Below the pieces are notes generated by a model that saw nothing but the letters and a program-made list of their open reading frames with translations, made no database searches and had not been told where the DNA came from. Made by a program: the position numbers and the translations under genes. Below, one piece after another: positions 15,101 to 25,861 of a stretch of DNA of 64,000 bases (position 1 is the stretch's first letter; the number at the start of each line of letters is the position of its first letter). The stretch comes from Haliotis rubra (taxonomy: Eukaryota): assembly GCF_003918875.1 (NCBI RefSeq), contig NW_025767057.1, positions 1,922,001 through 1,986,000 of the forward strand, given 5' to 3'.

Positions 15101-16396
15101 CACGTGTGGGGGTCAGGGGTGACAGTTAGCGGGTAGACACACAGGTCTGTCGGCTGAAGCTGGTTCAAGGTCGCCGAGAGGGTTGGATTTTGAATCTGTA
15201 CCTGGACAAAGCAAATTTTTCAATATACCATTATCAATTATTTGTAGCAGCATAGTACTGTAATTTTTTCATTCTAATTCTATGGAGGCGGTGGGGTAGC
15301 CTAGTGGTCAAAGCGTTCGCTCGTCATGCCGAAGGCCCGGGTTCGATTCCCCACATGGGTACAATGTGTGAAGCCCATTTCTGGTGTCCCCCGATGTGAT
15401 ATTGCTGGAATATTGCTAAAAGCGGCGTAACACCATACATACTCACTCACTCACTATGACTATGACATGCACAGCTTTCATGTGCGTCTTCCTAGGTTCA
15501 GGTTGCGGAAGAATAGCCTTGTGGTCTGCACCTTCGCTCCACAAACAGAAAAAGGCCAGGTTCGATTTCATACGTTTGAACTGAATTCAAAATTCACATT
15601 TGACCTTCCTTGGGGTCTTTTGTTGGAATACTGCTGAACACGTTCACTCTCTGTCGCACAGTCACACTCAGGCGAGAATTCAGTTGTAACCAAGTTGTAA
15701 CTGTGATATTGAGTATTAATGGTGTGTTAAATGAAGAGTAATATGTCAGTTTTACTGTTGGAAGAGGTGACTTGGCAGACGTTGGAATACCCTGACAGAG
15801 TCGGATCGTGTAACGAGACATTTGTTTCATCTCTGTACGAGGCGGGGCGGTAGCCTAGTGTTCCATTCCCCATATCGGTATAATATGTGAAACTCATTTC
15901 TAGTGTCCACCGCCGTGATATTACTGGAATATTGCTAAAAGCGGCCTAAAACTTCACTCACTAACTCACTCACCCATCTCTATACTAGACTGACTGACTG
16001 AGTTTGGTTTTACGCCGCTTTTAGCAATATTCCAGCAACATCACGGCGGGGGACACCAGAAATGGGCTTCACACATTGTACCCATGTGGGGATTCGAACC
16101 CGGGTCTTCGGCGTGACGAGCCAACGCTTTAACCACTAGGCTACCCCACCGCCCCTCTATACTAGAGAACGCCGGATACACTTCAGGGTTACGGATTTGC
16201 TGTCCCCGGTGAAAATATATATGAAATTAGTGAATCAGAGAGCTGTGAGCAAAAGACAAAGAGGAGGAGATTTTGGAGTAATACATTAACAGAACCTTAT
16301 GGGAATAGGTTAACGGTTGATAGCGTGCTTCCAACTTACCTGGCCAAGACCGACACCGGCCATTAAACACAGGTACAGTGTCACATACAGATCCAT
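3..16396 (-). CDS. Multi-exon single-pass cadherin (about 10 extracellular cadherin repeats, Pro/Thr/Gly stalk, TM helix); 3' end continues beyond window start
   Basis: Exons in transcription order: 16340-16396 (signal peptide MDLYVTLYLCLMAGVGLGQ), 15042-15201, 14293-14451, 13378-13509, 12989-13111, 11411-11584, 10857-11044, 9852-10406, 7946-8129, 7504-7668, 7000-7131, 5711-5830, 4733-4921, 3782-3969, 2763-3011, 622-1205, 3-47. All have GT-AG boundaries and consistent phases (3404 nt, about 1135 aa). Cadherin motifs: LDFE/LDRE, DRNDPP, DFNDNDP, ATDKD, ATDGGTPP. TM: ILGLIAALAALLLLGLLAGLVLCC. Confidence 0.88.
126..264 (-). repeat. tRNA-derived SINE, family A
   Basis: Reverse complement of GGCGGTGGGGTAGCCTAGTGG...GGGTTCGATTCCCCACATGGG...GCTGGAATATTGCTAAAAGCGGC-(ACTC)n; Pol III A/B boxes; many copies in the window. 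Confidence 0.85.
622..1205 (-). CDS. Cadherin exon 16: last EC repeat, stalk and transmembrane helix
   Basis: Acceptor ctcttcag then VNDNDPICT...ATDGGTPP...TTTPPPPP...TM. Donor GA|gtacga is phase 2 and joins exon 3-47 in frame (NYD-FKRDNVPSRGRGSP). Confidence 0.85.
1908..2115 (-). repeat. SINE-like interspersed repeat, family B (internally deleted)
   Basis: Matches copies at 8295, 29115, 37108 and 61759; shares the 3' tail GCTGGAATATTGCTGAGTGCGGCGTAAAACTAAACTCAC with family A. Confidence 0.8.
2126..2386. mobile_element. MITE-like element with about 37-bp terminal inverted repeats
   Basis: taacgatatatccacataaaaaacggagtgtggtcgaa is the imperfect reverse complement of ttcgaccacacccccgttttgtgcggatatatcgtca. 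Confidence 0.55.
3082..3256. repeat. Imperfect (CAT)n microsatellite
   Basis: Runs of catcatcat with cac/cag interruptions. Confidence 0.85.
5925..6984. repeat. Minisatellite, 23-bp unit GACACCACTGTTGACGTAATATA, about 45 copies, filling a cadherin intron
   Basis: Direct periodicity (e.g. 6031, 6054); homogeneous left half, degenerate right half. Confidence 0.95.
8295..8541 (-). repeat. SINE-like repeat, family B, near full length
   Basis: Full consensus from GACCCGTGAAGGTCCGGGTTAGAAT to the (ACTC)n tail on the minus strand. Confidence 0.85.
9383..9627. mobile_element. MITE with 16-bp TIRs and CTG target-site duplication (PIF/Harbinger-like)
   Basis: ctg-GCCCCGATTTCTCGAA ... TTCGAGAAATCGGGGC-ctg, plus an internal inverted repeat ttttactcaaattt / aaatttgagtaaaa. 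Confidence 0.7.
9852..10406 (-). CDS. Cadherin exon 8 (two EC repeats)
   Basis: ORF 9840-10430 contains VTDED, EIDFD, DFNDNDP, ATDKD, ATDGGTPP; ctgcag acceptor and gtaagt donor. Confidence 0.9.
12200..12988. repeat. Minisatellite, about 37-bp unit GATGACCAGTGACAGATGACCACCACTGATACTCTCT, in a cadherin intron
   Basis: Direct periodicity. Abuts a truncated family A SINE (12080-12203) on the left and the exon 5 donor on the right. Confidence 0.92.
14079..14246 (+). repeat. tRNA-derived SINE, family A
   Basis: ggcggtggggtagccaagtggttgaagcgttcgctcgtcacgccgaagaaccgggttcgattccc...aaactcactcactcact. Confidence 0.85.
15286..15454 (+). repeat. tRNA-derived SINE, family A
   Basis: Full consensus with A/B boxes and (ACTC)n tail. 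Confidence 0.85.
15841..16155. repeat. Tail-to-tail inverted pair of family A SINEs (15841-15973 +, 15990-16155 -)
   Basis: The second copy is flanked by a 12-bp target-site duplication, ctctatactaga. Confidence 0.85.
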
Positions 16397-17404
16397 GCTG
16401 GTCTCGTCAAGTTCTTCCCAAATAATCCTCAATCCAAATGTCTACATGTTTATCAGTAAGAATAATTCTTCAACGTAGTAAGATCAGTCACATTTCAGTG
16501 TCTGGCGAAACGTTCAAGTCGTCGGTGGTACAGTTCGATCACAGTGTTTATGTAAACAGGGAAAGGGCATGTTCAAGTTGAACGATCAATGATAATGGTA
16601 CGAAGTGTCTCGTTCAGATTATTGACGTGTATATTTGAGGAGATGTGCTCTTATTATTGGTTTTCTATAGCAGTGAATGTATTGCTAACTGACCCAGCCT
16701 AACACCACAATCCAGCAACAAACACCCTTTGAATGAAAGCCCCGCACAACTAAGAAAGCAATAGAAATGTTTCTCCTGGTAGAGGTAAAGCCGTTAAAAC
16801 ACGCGTTACCTTCCTAGGATATCAAAGGTGTGAATCCACGTTTGTTGTTGATTGTGTGTATGCCTTACACCGTATATTCTATAGCCATGTCATATATCTC
16901 TTTATCAACCGGGTCAAAGTACGTAAGCGTTAAAGTAATACTGATTTAATGACGATTGCTATCGAAATAGTAATACAGTAATACATGATCGTTTATTGAT
17001 CAGAATGAATCTTCGTATATTGCGTCTATTTGTCAAATAATGAAAATACAAAATAAATATTTGATGAATAGATAAATGTACTTGTAACATTCTGTTACGC
17101 TGACACGTTTACCTATAGAAGGTGAAAGAGAACTGTTAAACCATAATATATCAGGTGCTAGTGACATATAACGGACTTCAAAGCATGGTTATTCATATAT
17201 AACCTCTCCAGCCGTAGCCGCGACAGACATTATCATTTAATGAAACGCAAGCATACACATTCCGTTAATTGATACGTCAATTCAATGCAAGTATTGCATA
17301 GGTTATAGTTGAAAACAGCCTACTTTGCGTACCTATACATGTATACCTATACGTATATGTATAGGTATAGGTATATGAATGCAATTGGGATCCATGTTAA
17401 CGTG

Positions 17405-17981
17405 TTGGCTCGTCACGCCGAAGACCCGGGTTCGAATCCCTACATGGGTACAATGTGTGAAACCCATTTCTGGTGTTCCCCGCCGTGATGTTGCTGGAAT
17501 ATTGCTAAAAGCGGCGTAAAACCAAACTCAGTCAGTCAGTCCATGTTAACGTATATGTTTACCGCATTAATCTGAAAGACGAAACCACTATGAGTCGAAT
17601 ATGATACATATCACGAATATTCGGTCTACACTAACGAATACAATATCATGTCAGCAGCTGGAGTGTAATTATTTATATTCACTGAAACAATAACAAAATA
17701 TATTCTTTGACCTGTTTTGACCTGTTGACAGTGTTAATTTATCGCGACAATGACAAGTGACTACATTACTGCCAATACTGACTACAAATTATACATGTGA
17801 TATATTTTATCTGGCATGAGTGAGTGAGTTTAGTTTTACGCCGCTTTTAGCAATATTCCAGCAATATCACGGTGGGGGACACCAGAAATGGGCTTCACAC
17901 ATTGCTCCCATGTGGGGAATCGAACCAGGGTCTTCGGCGTGTTGAGCGAACGCTTTAACCACTAAGCTACCCAACTGCCCC
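17405..17981. repeat. Two family A SINEs (17405-17540 +, 17818-17981 -)
   Basis: Flanked by target-site duplications tccatgttaacgt and tatctggcatga respectively. Confidence 0.85.
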
Positions 17982-20113
17982 TATCTGGCATGACGTTATG
18001 TGTGTAGGGTTAACCGAGGCGGGGGACATCAATGTGGAACAGGGGTCTATATGTCGTAGATATACTTCCTGGATCTAAATAATTAAATCAGAGGAAAAGC
18101 ACAAGAAATTATAAGAAACCATTGTTTGTAAGATTCCGATTCCGATTCGGATGCTAATAACATAGATCTTTTACGGCTGTGAGAATGTTTGTGGGTTTTT
18201 TTCTTCCCTTAAGATGTATAAGCACTATCAAAAGTGCTCGCGAAAGCAAGCGAATGTATAAACATGCAGGGGTGTGCTAGCCAAGGTGTGAACGTGGTCG
18301 CTGCCGAAGCAAACGTTTGATGTACAAGGGTCCATTACTCGTGTACCCCTCGGTTCTACTGCGCCAAACTTGTTAACAGAGACACATGAAATGATGGGTA
18401 CAATGTGTGAAGCCCATTGATATTGCTAGAACATTGCTAAAAGCGGCGTAAAACTAAACTCACTCACTCACTCACTCACATGTAATGACGCTCAAACAGT
18501 GAACAGAACGTTCAGCAAGACCTTTTACGCACGCACCGGCACGAACCGTCTGAATAACAAGGGAGATAACTTTGCCAACACGCATTCACCACAGCGTTCG
18601 TCTGTCAACACACTGACATCAAACCCGATTCCAGGTTAAAGGTCATTTGTAGCCTGTCTCGCAGTCCCTGAACCACATTATTTTCCCTACTGCCAAGCCC
18701 TCTCTGCAGTTCTAAAGCCCTAAATAAAGCCCTAAATATGAATCGGATGTTAGGTATTGTGAGGTGGTGCGTGAAATAGTAAGACTGAAGTTAGACAGTG
18801 GAGGTGCGAGGCAAGATCGGTATGAATCGGATGTTAGGTAATGTGAGGTGGTGTGTGAAATGGTAAGACTGACGTTAGACAGTGGAGGTGCGAGGCAAGC
18901 TTGGTATTACTTTGGATTTTCGGTATTGTGTGGTGGTTCATGAAACGCAAACGTGACCATGTTGGCTTGTGCGATGTGTTTATCGCGATAGTGACAAGAT
19001 GCTTCGTGGAGTTGTCAGGGAGGTGGACTTTGACAGCGGCTTAGGGTATCAGATGATTGTGATGAGAAAGGTTGATTGATGGTTTGATATTGTATTAAGA
19101 ATTTTGCTAAGGAAACTGAATGTTGCATGTATTTCCAGCATGCAAATCAGTGCACACTAAAGTCTTATCTCGTCCCCTTTGTGTAAACTGGGGACATGAG
19201 GACACGTCCCCACATCACACGTGGCAACCTTGTACAGCTAACCAACAATATCAGGACTAAAACCGTGGCATGTAGTTGAGCTACAGCGGAGTTTAGGTGG
19301 GCTGTACAGCTGATCTAATTATGTTGCAATACTTGGAGGGGAGAGTTTGATCAGTGTGTACGTTATATCACGGCACGTCAACACGTAGGCCATCTACAGC
19401 TGGGTTTAGGTGGGCTGTACAGCTGGTCTGAGGTTACAAACTATGTTGCAATACTTGGAGGGGGAGTTTGATCTGTTTGTGCGATATATCACCACACGTC
19501 AACATGTAGGTCAGCTACAGCGAAGTTTGGTTGGGCTGTATTACCGGTGTAAGGTGACAGCTGACGTTGCAATACTTGGATGGGAGTGTTTGATCAGTAT
19601 TCAGTATGTACGGACAATGAATGTATGAACAAAGATCACGACCAGTGATGATCTAGAACATCATTTCAATACAAAGAGACATTGTCTCCCTAGCGAACAC
19701 ATAGGCCTCCTTCAAGTAACCCACAGGTAGGCCCTTATTTTGTTAGGTACGTTGGCACATGATTGTGTGTATTCGAGTAGGTCCCTACATATGGGGCCCA
19801 TCAGGATTTCATAATATACATATACTTTCCCCGACCAATATTTCGATAAACACATGGATCAAGTAATTAATTCTTGGGATTAATTTAATTTTGAGAATTT
19901 TAATATTGGAATCATGGAATCATTATATCAAGTTTTATGTAGCTAATTTGGTAATTATCATCCTTTTCGTATCATTACGTACAAATAATCACACCACATT
20001 TCTAATCAATTATATGTAAACGTACATTTGGCCATTGAACTCGGATATCATCGTGCCGATCTAAAAACAACACCATTTCAAGTTAATGATTTTCTTTCAA
20101 GCCAACCCTCACC

Positions 20114-21880
20114 ATGGCCTATAAACAAGCGTTCAAGAAAAGGGTCTATGACAAGTTACGTGAACAACTTTGGAAAGCTTTAACAAAGAAAAACGACTGT
20201 GACGTCACAATCAAGATAGACGATGATATGTTTCAATGCCACAAGGTCGTCCTGGCAATGACGTCACCTTACTTTGATGCCATGTTTACTTCGGGCTTCG
20301 AGGAAACCGACAACAAGGTGATAGAAGTACAAAGCATCAGTCCGGATACCTTCAGGAATGTGCTGGAGCACATTTACCGCAGAAACGCAGCCGTGAATAC
20401 TTCCAATGTGCTTGATGTGTTGCACGCAAGTTCAATGTTCCTTTTGGAAAGCCTTATAGAACGTTGTGAAGAGTTTCTTACAGATAAGTATAGGATGAGT
20501 CAATCGTGGGTGAAACAATGGCGAGCTGCACGTAAGTATAAGCTGAAGAAATTGCTCGAAATGACAAACAGTTTCATTTATACAAATTTCAAGAAAATAT
20601 CCGAAACGGCCCTGTTTACAAGCCTGACTGAGGACGAACTCTGTGAGATTGTTGCCAACGATGAGCTGAGAGTGACAAATGAAGCAGATGTTTTGAAGGC
20701 TGTTCTCCTGTGGGCAATAAACCAAGAAAGTTCCTCAGAAACACATCTACCACGCTTGTTGGCTCATGTCTCGATTAACGAGATTTCAAATGACACCTTC
20801 AAATCTAAAATAGCCCCTCTACTCGAAACTCTAGGACAGAATACGCGAGATATTGTCGAGGAGGCCAAGAAAGAGCAGAATGCCTCAGGAAAACAGATTG
20901 TGAGACACAGCGACAAACCTACAAATGTCCTGCTTGGTGATGACGAAATCCATGGGAGAAAAGTACTGAAGATGTACTCTTTGGATGACCGCAAGATGTA
21001 CGAAGTTCCAGCACTACCTGGTATGCACAGTGTGGCTGGAACACCAAGAGGCTTCGCCTTCAATGGTGATCTAATGCTCAGCAGTCTTAGCAGTGTCTAT
21101 AGGTTGAATGTACAGACATGGTGCTGGGAGGATATGGACATGCCGCCAATGCATGTCATCCAGATACTCACTGTACAACATAAACTATACGTGTTTGGAT
21201 TATGCGAGGATGGTATCCAGCTACTGAGGTATGAAGGTGATGAGGATGGGGAGCCTGGCTGGAAGATGGTTGGGGTCACTGGAGGAGAGATGAGAAACTG
21301 TTCGGCAGCTGTTTTGGGGGACAAGGTCTACTTAATTGGCGAAGATCTCACCGATTGTTTCCCATCTCAATGTATGGAGAAGGTCTTTATTCTGAATGAA
21401 TTTGGAATTGATGTAGCGTCATGTCTGGGACAGTTTCAGCCATCTCAAGGAAGATCTTCTGTATCCATAGCCTCCAAGGACGACAAGATGTATTATCTGA
21501 CGTCAGACTTGGAATTCGGAGTGATAAACGATAACAATTCCCCACAGGCTATCACACGTTTTCCTCAGCCTGAAGATCCCAGTGGCTGCACTCTACAAGT
21601 AAAGGGAAAAGAGTTGATGGTTCTGAAGTATTTTGCATCTAAAATACAAATTTACTCTTTGGACTTGGAGGAGATGACTCTCCATCCACATGAGGAAGTT
21701 CCTGTTGTGCTGCGTGATGGTCAATTTGATGTCATCAAAACCTTGGTTATCGACAAGTGTTCTGAAGTTGACAAAGTGGTACAAAGGTCTAAAAAGATAT
21801 CCAGACACCCTTATGCAGGTATGCTCAAACATTCTTTAGTTTGCTCAACGATGTACATATTGCCAAAGATATTGATGTGA
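20114..21880 (+). CDS. Kelch-like protein (BTB/POZ-BACK-degenerate beta-propeller), copy 1; probable CUL3 adaptor
   Basis: 588-aa ORF with Kozak accATGG. BTB motif CDVTIKI..FQCHKVVLAMTSPYFDAMFTSGFEE; BACK motif DELRVTNEADVLKAVLLW; kelch-like blades (HKLYVFG, AAVLGDKVYLIG). A strong donor CAG|GTATG after 21818 may replace the last 20 aa. Confidence 0.88.
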   Translation: MAYKQAFKKRVYDKLREQLWKALTKKNDCDVTIKIDDDMFQCHKVVLAMTSPYFDAMFTSGFEETDNKVIEVQSISPDTFRNVLEHIYRRNAAVNTSNVLDVLHASSMFLLESLIERCEEFLTDKYRMSQSWVKQWRAARKYKLKKLLEMTNSFIYTNFKKISETALFTSLTEDELCEIVANDELRVTNEADVLKAVLLWAINQESSSETHLPRLLAHVSINEISNDTFKSKIAPLLETLGQNTRDIVEEAKKEQNASGKQIVRHSDKPTNVLLGDDEIHGRKVLKMYSLDDRKMYEVPALPGMHSVAGTPRGFAFNGDLMLSSLSSVYRLNVQTWCWEDMDMPPMHVIQILTVQHKLYVFGLCEDGIQLLRYEGDEDGEPGWKMVGVTGGEMRNCSAAVLGDKVYLIGEDLTDCFPSQCMEKVFILNEFGIDVASCLGQFQPSQGRSSVSIASKDDKMYYLTSDLEFGVINDNNSPQAITRFPQPEDPSGCTLQVKGKELMVLKYFASKIQIYSLDLEEMTLHPHEEVPVVLRDGQFDVIKTLVIDKCSEVDKVVQRSKKISRHPYAGMLKHSLVCSTMYILPKILM

Positions 21881-22255
21881 GACGCTCGAAACTTTCAATA
21901 TCATGTCTTTACAAGAAATATCGTCCCAATATACTCAGGAAATTATCATTGTTTCAGTTTTTAATCTGTACTATATTTCTTAATTACTACCTGGTCTTAT
22001 AACACTTCTGTAACCAGTAAAATTTCGGTGTGCAATCATGAATCAATAACGAGCTGTGTGGACATTTGTTTCTACATCGCGAATTGTGGTATCCGATATT
22101 CATGGAATGTTGCTGAAAATATTTCTGTAATATGTACAGATGTTTCGATACACAGCAGTAGTTCTACTGAATATATTTGTACTTCATGAACTGTACTTAA
22201 AAATGACCAAATGTTTTCTATTTCAGTCCTGTAACCGATAACAAACCATTGTACA

Positions 22256-23062
22256 ATGAGCAAGTTTCAATATAGATTTATTGGTATTTCAGACTTGGCT
22301 CTGGACCAAGGATCACACTCCGATCTGACTGTGACAGTTGGCGATGCATCTTTCCCTTGTCACAAGATGGTTGTCAAGTTCATGTCACCGTATATCAAAG
22401 AGCGATTGTCAGATGGAGATGTTGAAATGGTGGTGGAGGATGTGAATGTAGATGCCTTCAGAGATGTCCTCAACTTCATGTACACCGGTGTCCTACCGCA
22501 GCTTCGTGAAGACAACATTGTTGCCGCCCTTCAAGCAGCAACAGCACTGCAAATGGCGGATCTCCAGACTGATATTGAAAAGAAAATCAGATGGGGTGAC
22601 CTCATTACTGAACGAAATTATTTGTCTTTGCAAGCTCTGGCCATCAAGCATAAATTTTCGACCATCGAAAGTCCAGTAAACCACTTTATCCTACGTCATT
22701 TTGAGTGCATATGGGAGAAGGGAGAACTTCATGCCATGAGCTTCAGCCAGCTACTTCACGTTGCCCTTCACAGAGATCTTCTGGTTTCAAATGAGTTTGT
22801 GCTGCTGAAAGCTCTCGTTGACTGGATTCTAGCTCAGAATCAGCTCTCTTGGGACGAGACGAAACAGCTGATCTCTGCCCCCAGGATGCCATTGATTACG
22901 GAGGGGAACATCCAGGAGATTGGGTGCCTGGATCAGGTGGCAGCCAATCAGCGTCTCAATTCTCTACTGCTGGAGACATGGCAGCGTGATCATACAAAGG
23001 TCCTGAGCATGAGAAACAGAGACCACCCTCCGAGTTTCAATTCTCACATGCACTATCTGTAG
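22256..23062 (+). CDS. BTB-BACK protein or exon, copy 1
   Basis: HSDLTVTVGDASFPCHKMVVKFMSPY...VLNFMYTG; BACK motif DLLVSNEFVLLKALVDW. An acceptor before 22293 is phase-compatible with the donor at 21818. Confidence 0.82.
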   Translation: MSKFQYRFIGISDLALDQGSHSDLTVTVGDASFPCHKMVVKFMSPYIKERLSDGDVEMVVEDVNVDAFRDVLNFMYTGVLPQLREDNIVAALQAATALQMADLQTDIEKKIRWGDLITERNYLSLQALAIKHKFSTIESPVNHFILRHFECIWEKGELHAMSFSQLLHVALHRDLLVSNEFVLLKALVDWILAQNQLSWDETKQLISAPRMPLITEGNIQEIGCLDQVAANQRLNSLLLETWQRDHTKVLSMRNRDHPPSFNSHMHYL

Positions 23063-23252
23063 CGAGATAATGATACTATCAGTATTATTACGGATTGTCT
23101 TACTCAATAGAACGACTGCAGCTTATCGGCATGCAATGGCCATACAAAAATCAAGAGATTCCATGTAGTTCAAAAGGGAATCATATTCGAAACTGGTTGA
23201 AACAAGTTAAAAGAATTGTTTTCTAAGAATGTTTACACATGCTAATGATATA

Positions 23253-23411
23253 GTGAGTGAATGAGTTTTGTTTTACGCCGCTTTTAGCCATATTCCCGCA
23301 ATATCACGGAGGGGGACAATACAAATGGGCTTCACACAGTGTACCCATGTGGGGAATCGAACCCGGATCTTCGGCGTGACGAGCGAATGCTTTAACTACT
23401 AGTCTACCCCG
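23253..23411 (-). repeat. tRNA-derived SINE, family A
   Basis: Reverse-complement match to the family A consensus. Confidence 0.8.
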
Positions 23412-24324
23412 CTTATGATATACTAGTAACATGGCTGTGTTAGTAGCTGACATTGCATTCTATTATGGAAATGGTTTATCTCCTCAATATGATGTATCAC
23501 GCCAACACCGGAGAGGCTGCCACCGACGTTCTTCTGTGTATGAACTGCACAGTTTGAGGTTCAAACTCAGTGCCAAGGGCCGTGTTTAAGAAATAACCAG
23601 GAAATTGCCAGAAAATCTGCAGTCTGAATTCATCACCAGCATTGTTTATAGTCACTTGTATACTTTCAAACCAAATCCAAGTTGGATATTACGACACCCT
23701 GGGTTAACTCTGAGAAAAATGTGTGCTCCATATAACGAAACTACAAAGGGTGTGATGTAACTGTATCACATTTTGAGCACATACCTTCATCGCATCGCTC
23801 AGAATTTTTTGTTTGCCTGCTGTTTTTGTTGTTTTGGCTTTTTGGTTGTTGTTTTTTTGGTTTTTTTGTTGTTGTTGTTTTCTGTTGTTTTTGGCGTGTT
23901 GTACACAAACAAAACTGGTTGTACAAGCCGAATGGAATGATACACAAATATTTCGAGATACCAAGAGTGTATGGAAATATTTACTTTTACTTTGTTGGGT
24001 TTGTTGGAATGTCCTGAAGGTCCAGACTCAAGTTCATGTATGTTCTTGAAAAATTGTTACAATAATCCTTATATGTACTGACGTGTATGTTGTATTTATA
24101 AAAACAACAGCAATTTACAAACATACATCAAATAAATGAGTTCAACGATCATATTTGTCTATAATATTTAATCAAAAGTACATACTATACTACCAATATT
24201 ATTAATATGACTAATAATAGCGGTTGAATACAATAACAATATGAAAGTGATATACTATGAAGAGAGACCTGTAGTCATACAGACAGACACACGATTATTA
24301 CGTCACAGAACATGAATATTGTCA

Positions 24325-24340
24325 GTGACGTCACTTCCTG
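24325..24340. promoter_or_regulatory. Overlapping CRE (TGACGTCA) and ETS-like (ACTTCCTG) composite motif; candidate promoter of kelch-like copy 2
   Basis: Sequence agtgacgtcacttcctg about 1.5 kb upstream of the copy 2 ATG, which is preceded by a splice acceptor implying a 5'-UTR intron. Confidence 0.3.
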
Positions 24341-25861
24341 TTGCTAGATATGGTCTATTATAGTCGTAATGTGGTTCCCTCAATATTTTGTCAGATTTTC
24401 ACTGCTTTCTTTCTCGGCGAAATGTGAAACATCTGGGAATATAGGATGTATTCCCATCCTGTGTCAATGGGTTAGTAACGTAGGCTTTCGGCGCTTTGTG
24501 GGAGGAAATGATCAAGGCCGTAGAAATCCATCACGTTCTTGAAAATCTAGAATACTGGTATTTGTATGAGGCCTCGCGGTTAGATGACTCACATCTGTAC
24601 AGCAAAAAACAACCCGAAACCACCTTTCAAGCAGCTAATGATACAGATGTCAGACAAGCGAATGCAGGTACAAAAAAATCATTATTTACCTAATATATCT
24701 GGTATTCATAACCTAACAATTATGGTTTATCCGATAATGTACTTATTATTATTTAACTTTGTTTTAATGTAGCTTGGATTACTAATTATTTAGCATTATT
24801 GTGCACGGTCATTACAGGAGGACTCTATTATAATTCCATATATATTCCGAAAGTATTTCATTGAAACACACAAGAGTAAAAATATCTCTATATTTCCCAC
24901 ACAAACATATATTGTCGCGACCAGTATTTGGTGTGAATATGTGTGTTACGATTAATCATGTTGACTTATTAGTATAGGTATACGAGTTCGCTGAGAGAAG
25001 ATAACTTGATCGCTTACAATGACGCCCACGTACAATGGTCACTATCATACAGATGAACTCAATCGACGTATTTGGGGCAAATCGTGGCCAGAAATGTAGG
25101 TCAGTTTCATCTGTGCCTTGTGAAACTATCACTACTGCTATGAGGTGACAGTGTATTTCGCAACAGGGAGGTTTAACCTAGTTGTGATCTGTACCTGTCT
25201 GAGCAGAGCATCAGCTCACTGGGCAAGGACGGTCCACACAGGAACAGGTCGCAGATATATAACAACCTGACCTTAAGCATAGGTAAGCAACTTTCTTGCA
25301 AAATCTGACGCTTCAATGGTAGTGTTGTATCACGATTGATAGGCCAGGGGTATTTGGATTCACACGTACACATATTGATGGTCGTATCCTGTTATCGGCA
25401 TGGCGATTGCATTGACCACAAACTCACTCCACCATGTAAGATACGAGCGGATATATGCCCAAGCTATTGTATTTGTTCATACCTATCCAACAGTTCAATT
25501 TCATTGTATCAAAATACACTCCAAATACGCGGATTAATATCCAAATCGATTTTACTTTCAAAAAACCTTTGTTATGTTGATGTTCCACCAAAACACAAAA
25601 AGAATATTCAGTATACCCATGCTAATCCACTAACATTATTGCATTATCTAGCCTTTAATTAGTTTCATTTAGCTAAACTGAAAATAGATCGTTTTCTCAT
25701 TTCATTATTATTTCTATATTATATTTCCCATGCAAATAATCACAGTATATATCTACACATTACTACGCAATGTACAAACATACATTTGACCTGTTGATTG
25801 GACCAACCGTTCCATAGACACAACTTCAAGTTAATGATTTTCTTTCAAGCCAACCCTCACC

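Noticed and set aside
18737-19600. Short degenerate duplications upstream of the kelch-like gene
   Set aside because: Two or three diverged copies with no coding or structural signal I can support.
23704-24049. Lys/Gln/Asn-rich or Phe-rich ORFs
   Set aside because: Low-complexity (GTT/T)n tract.
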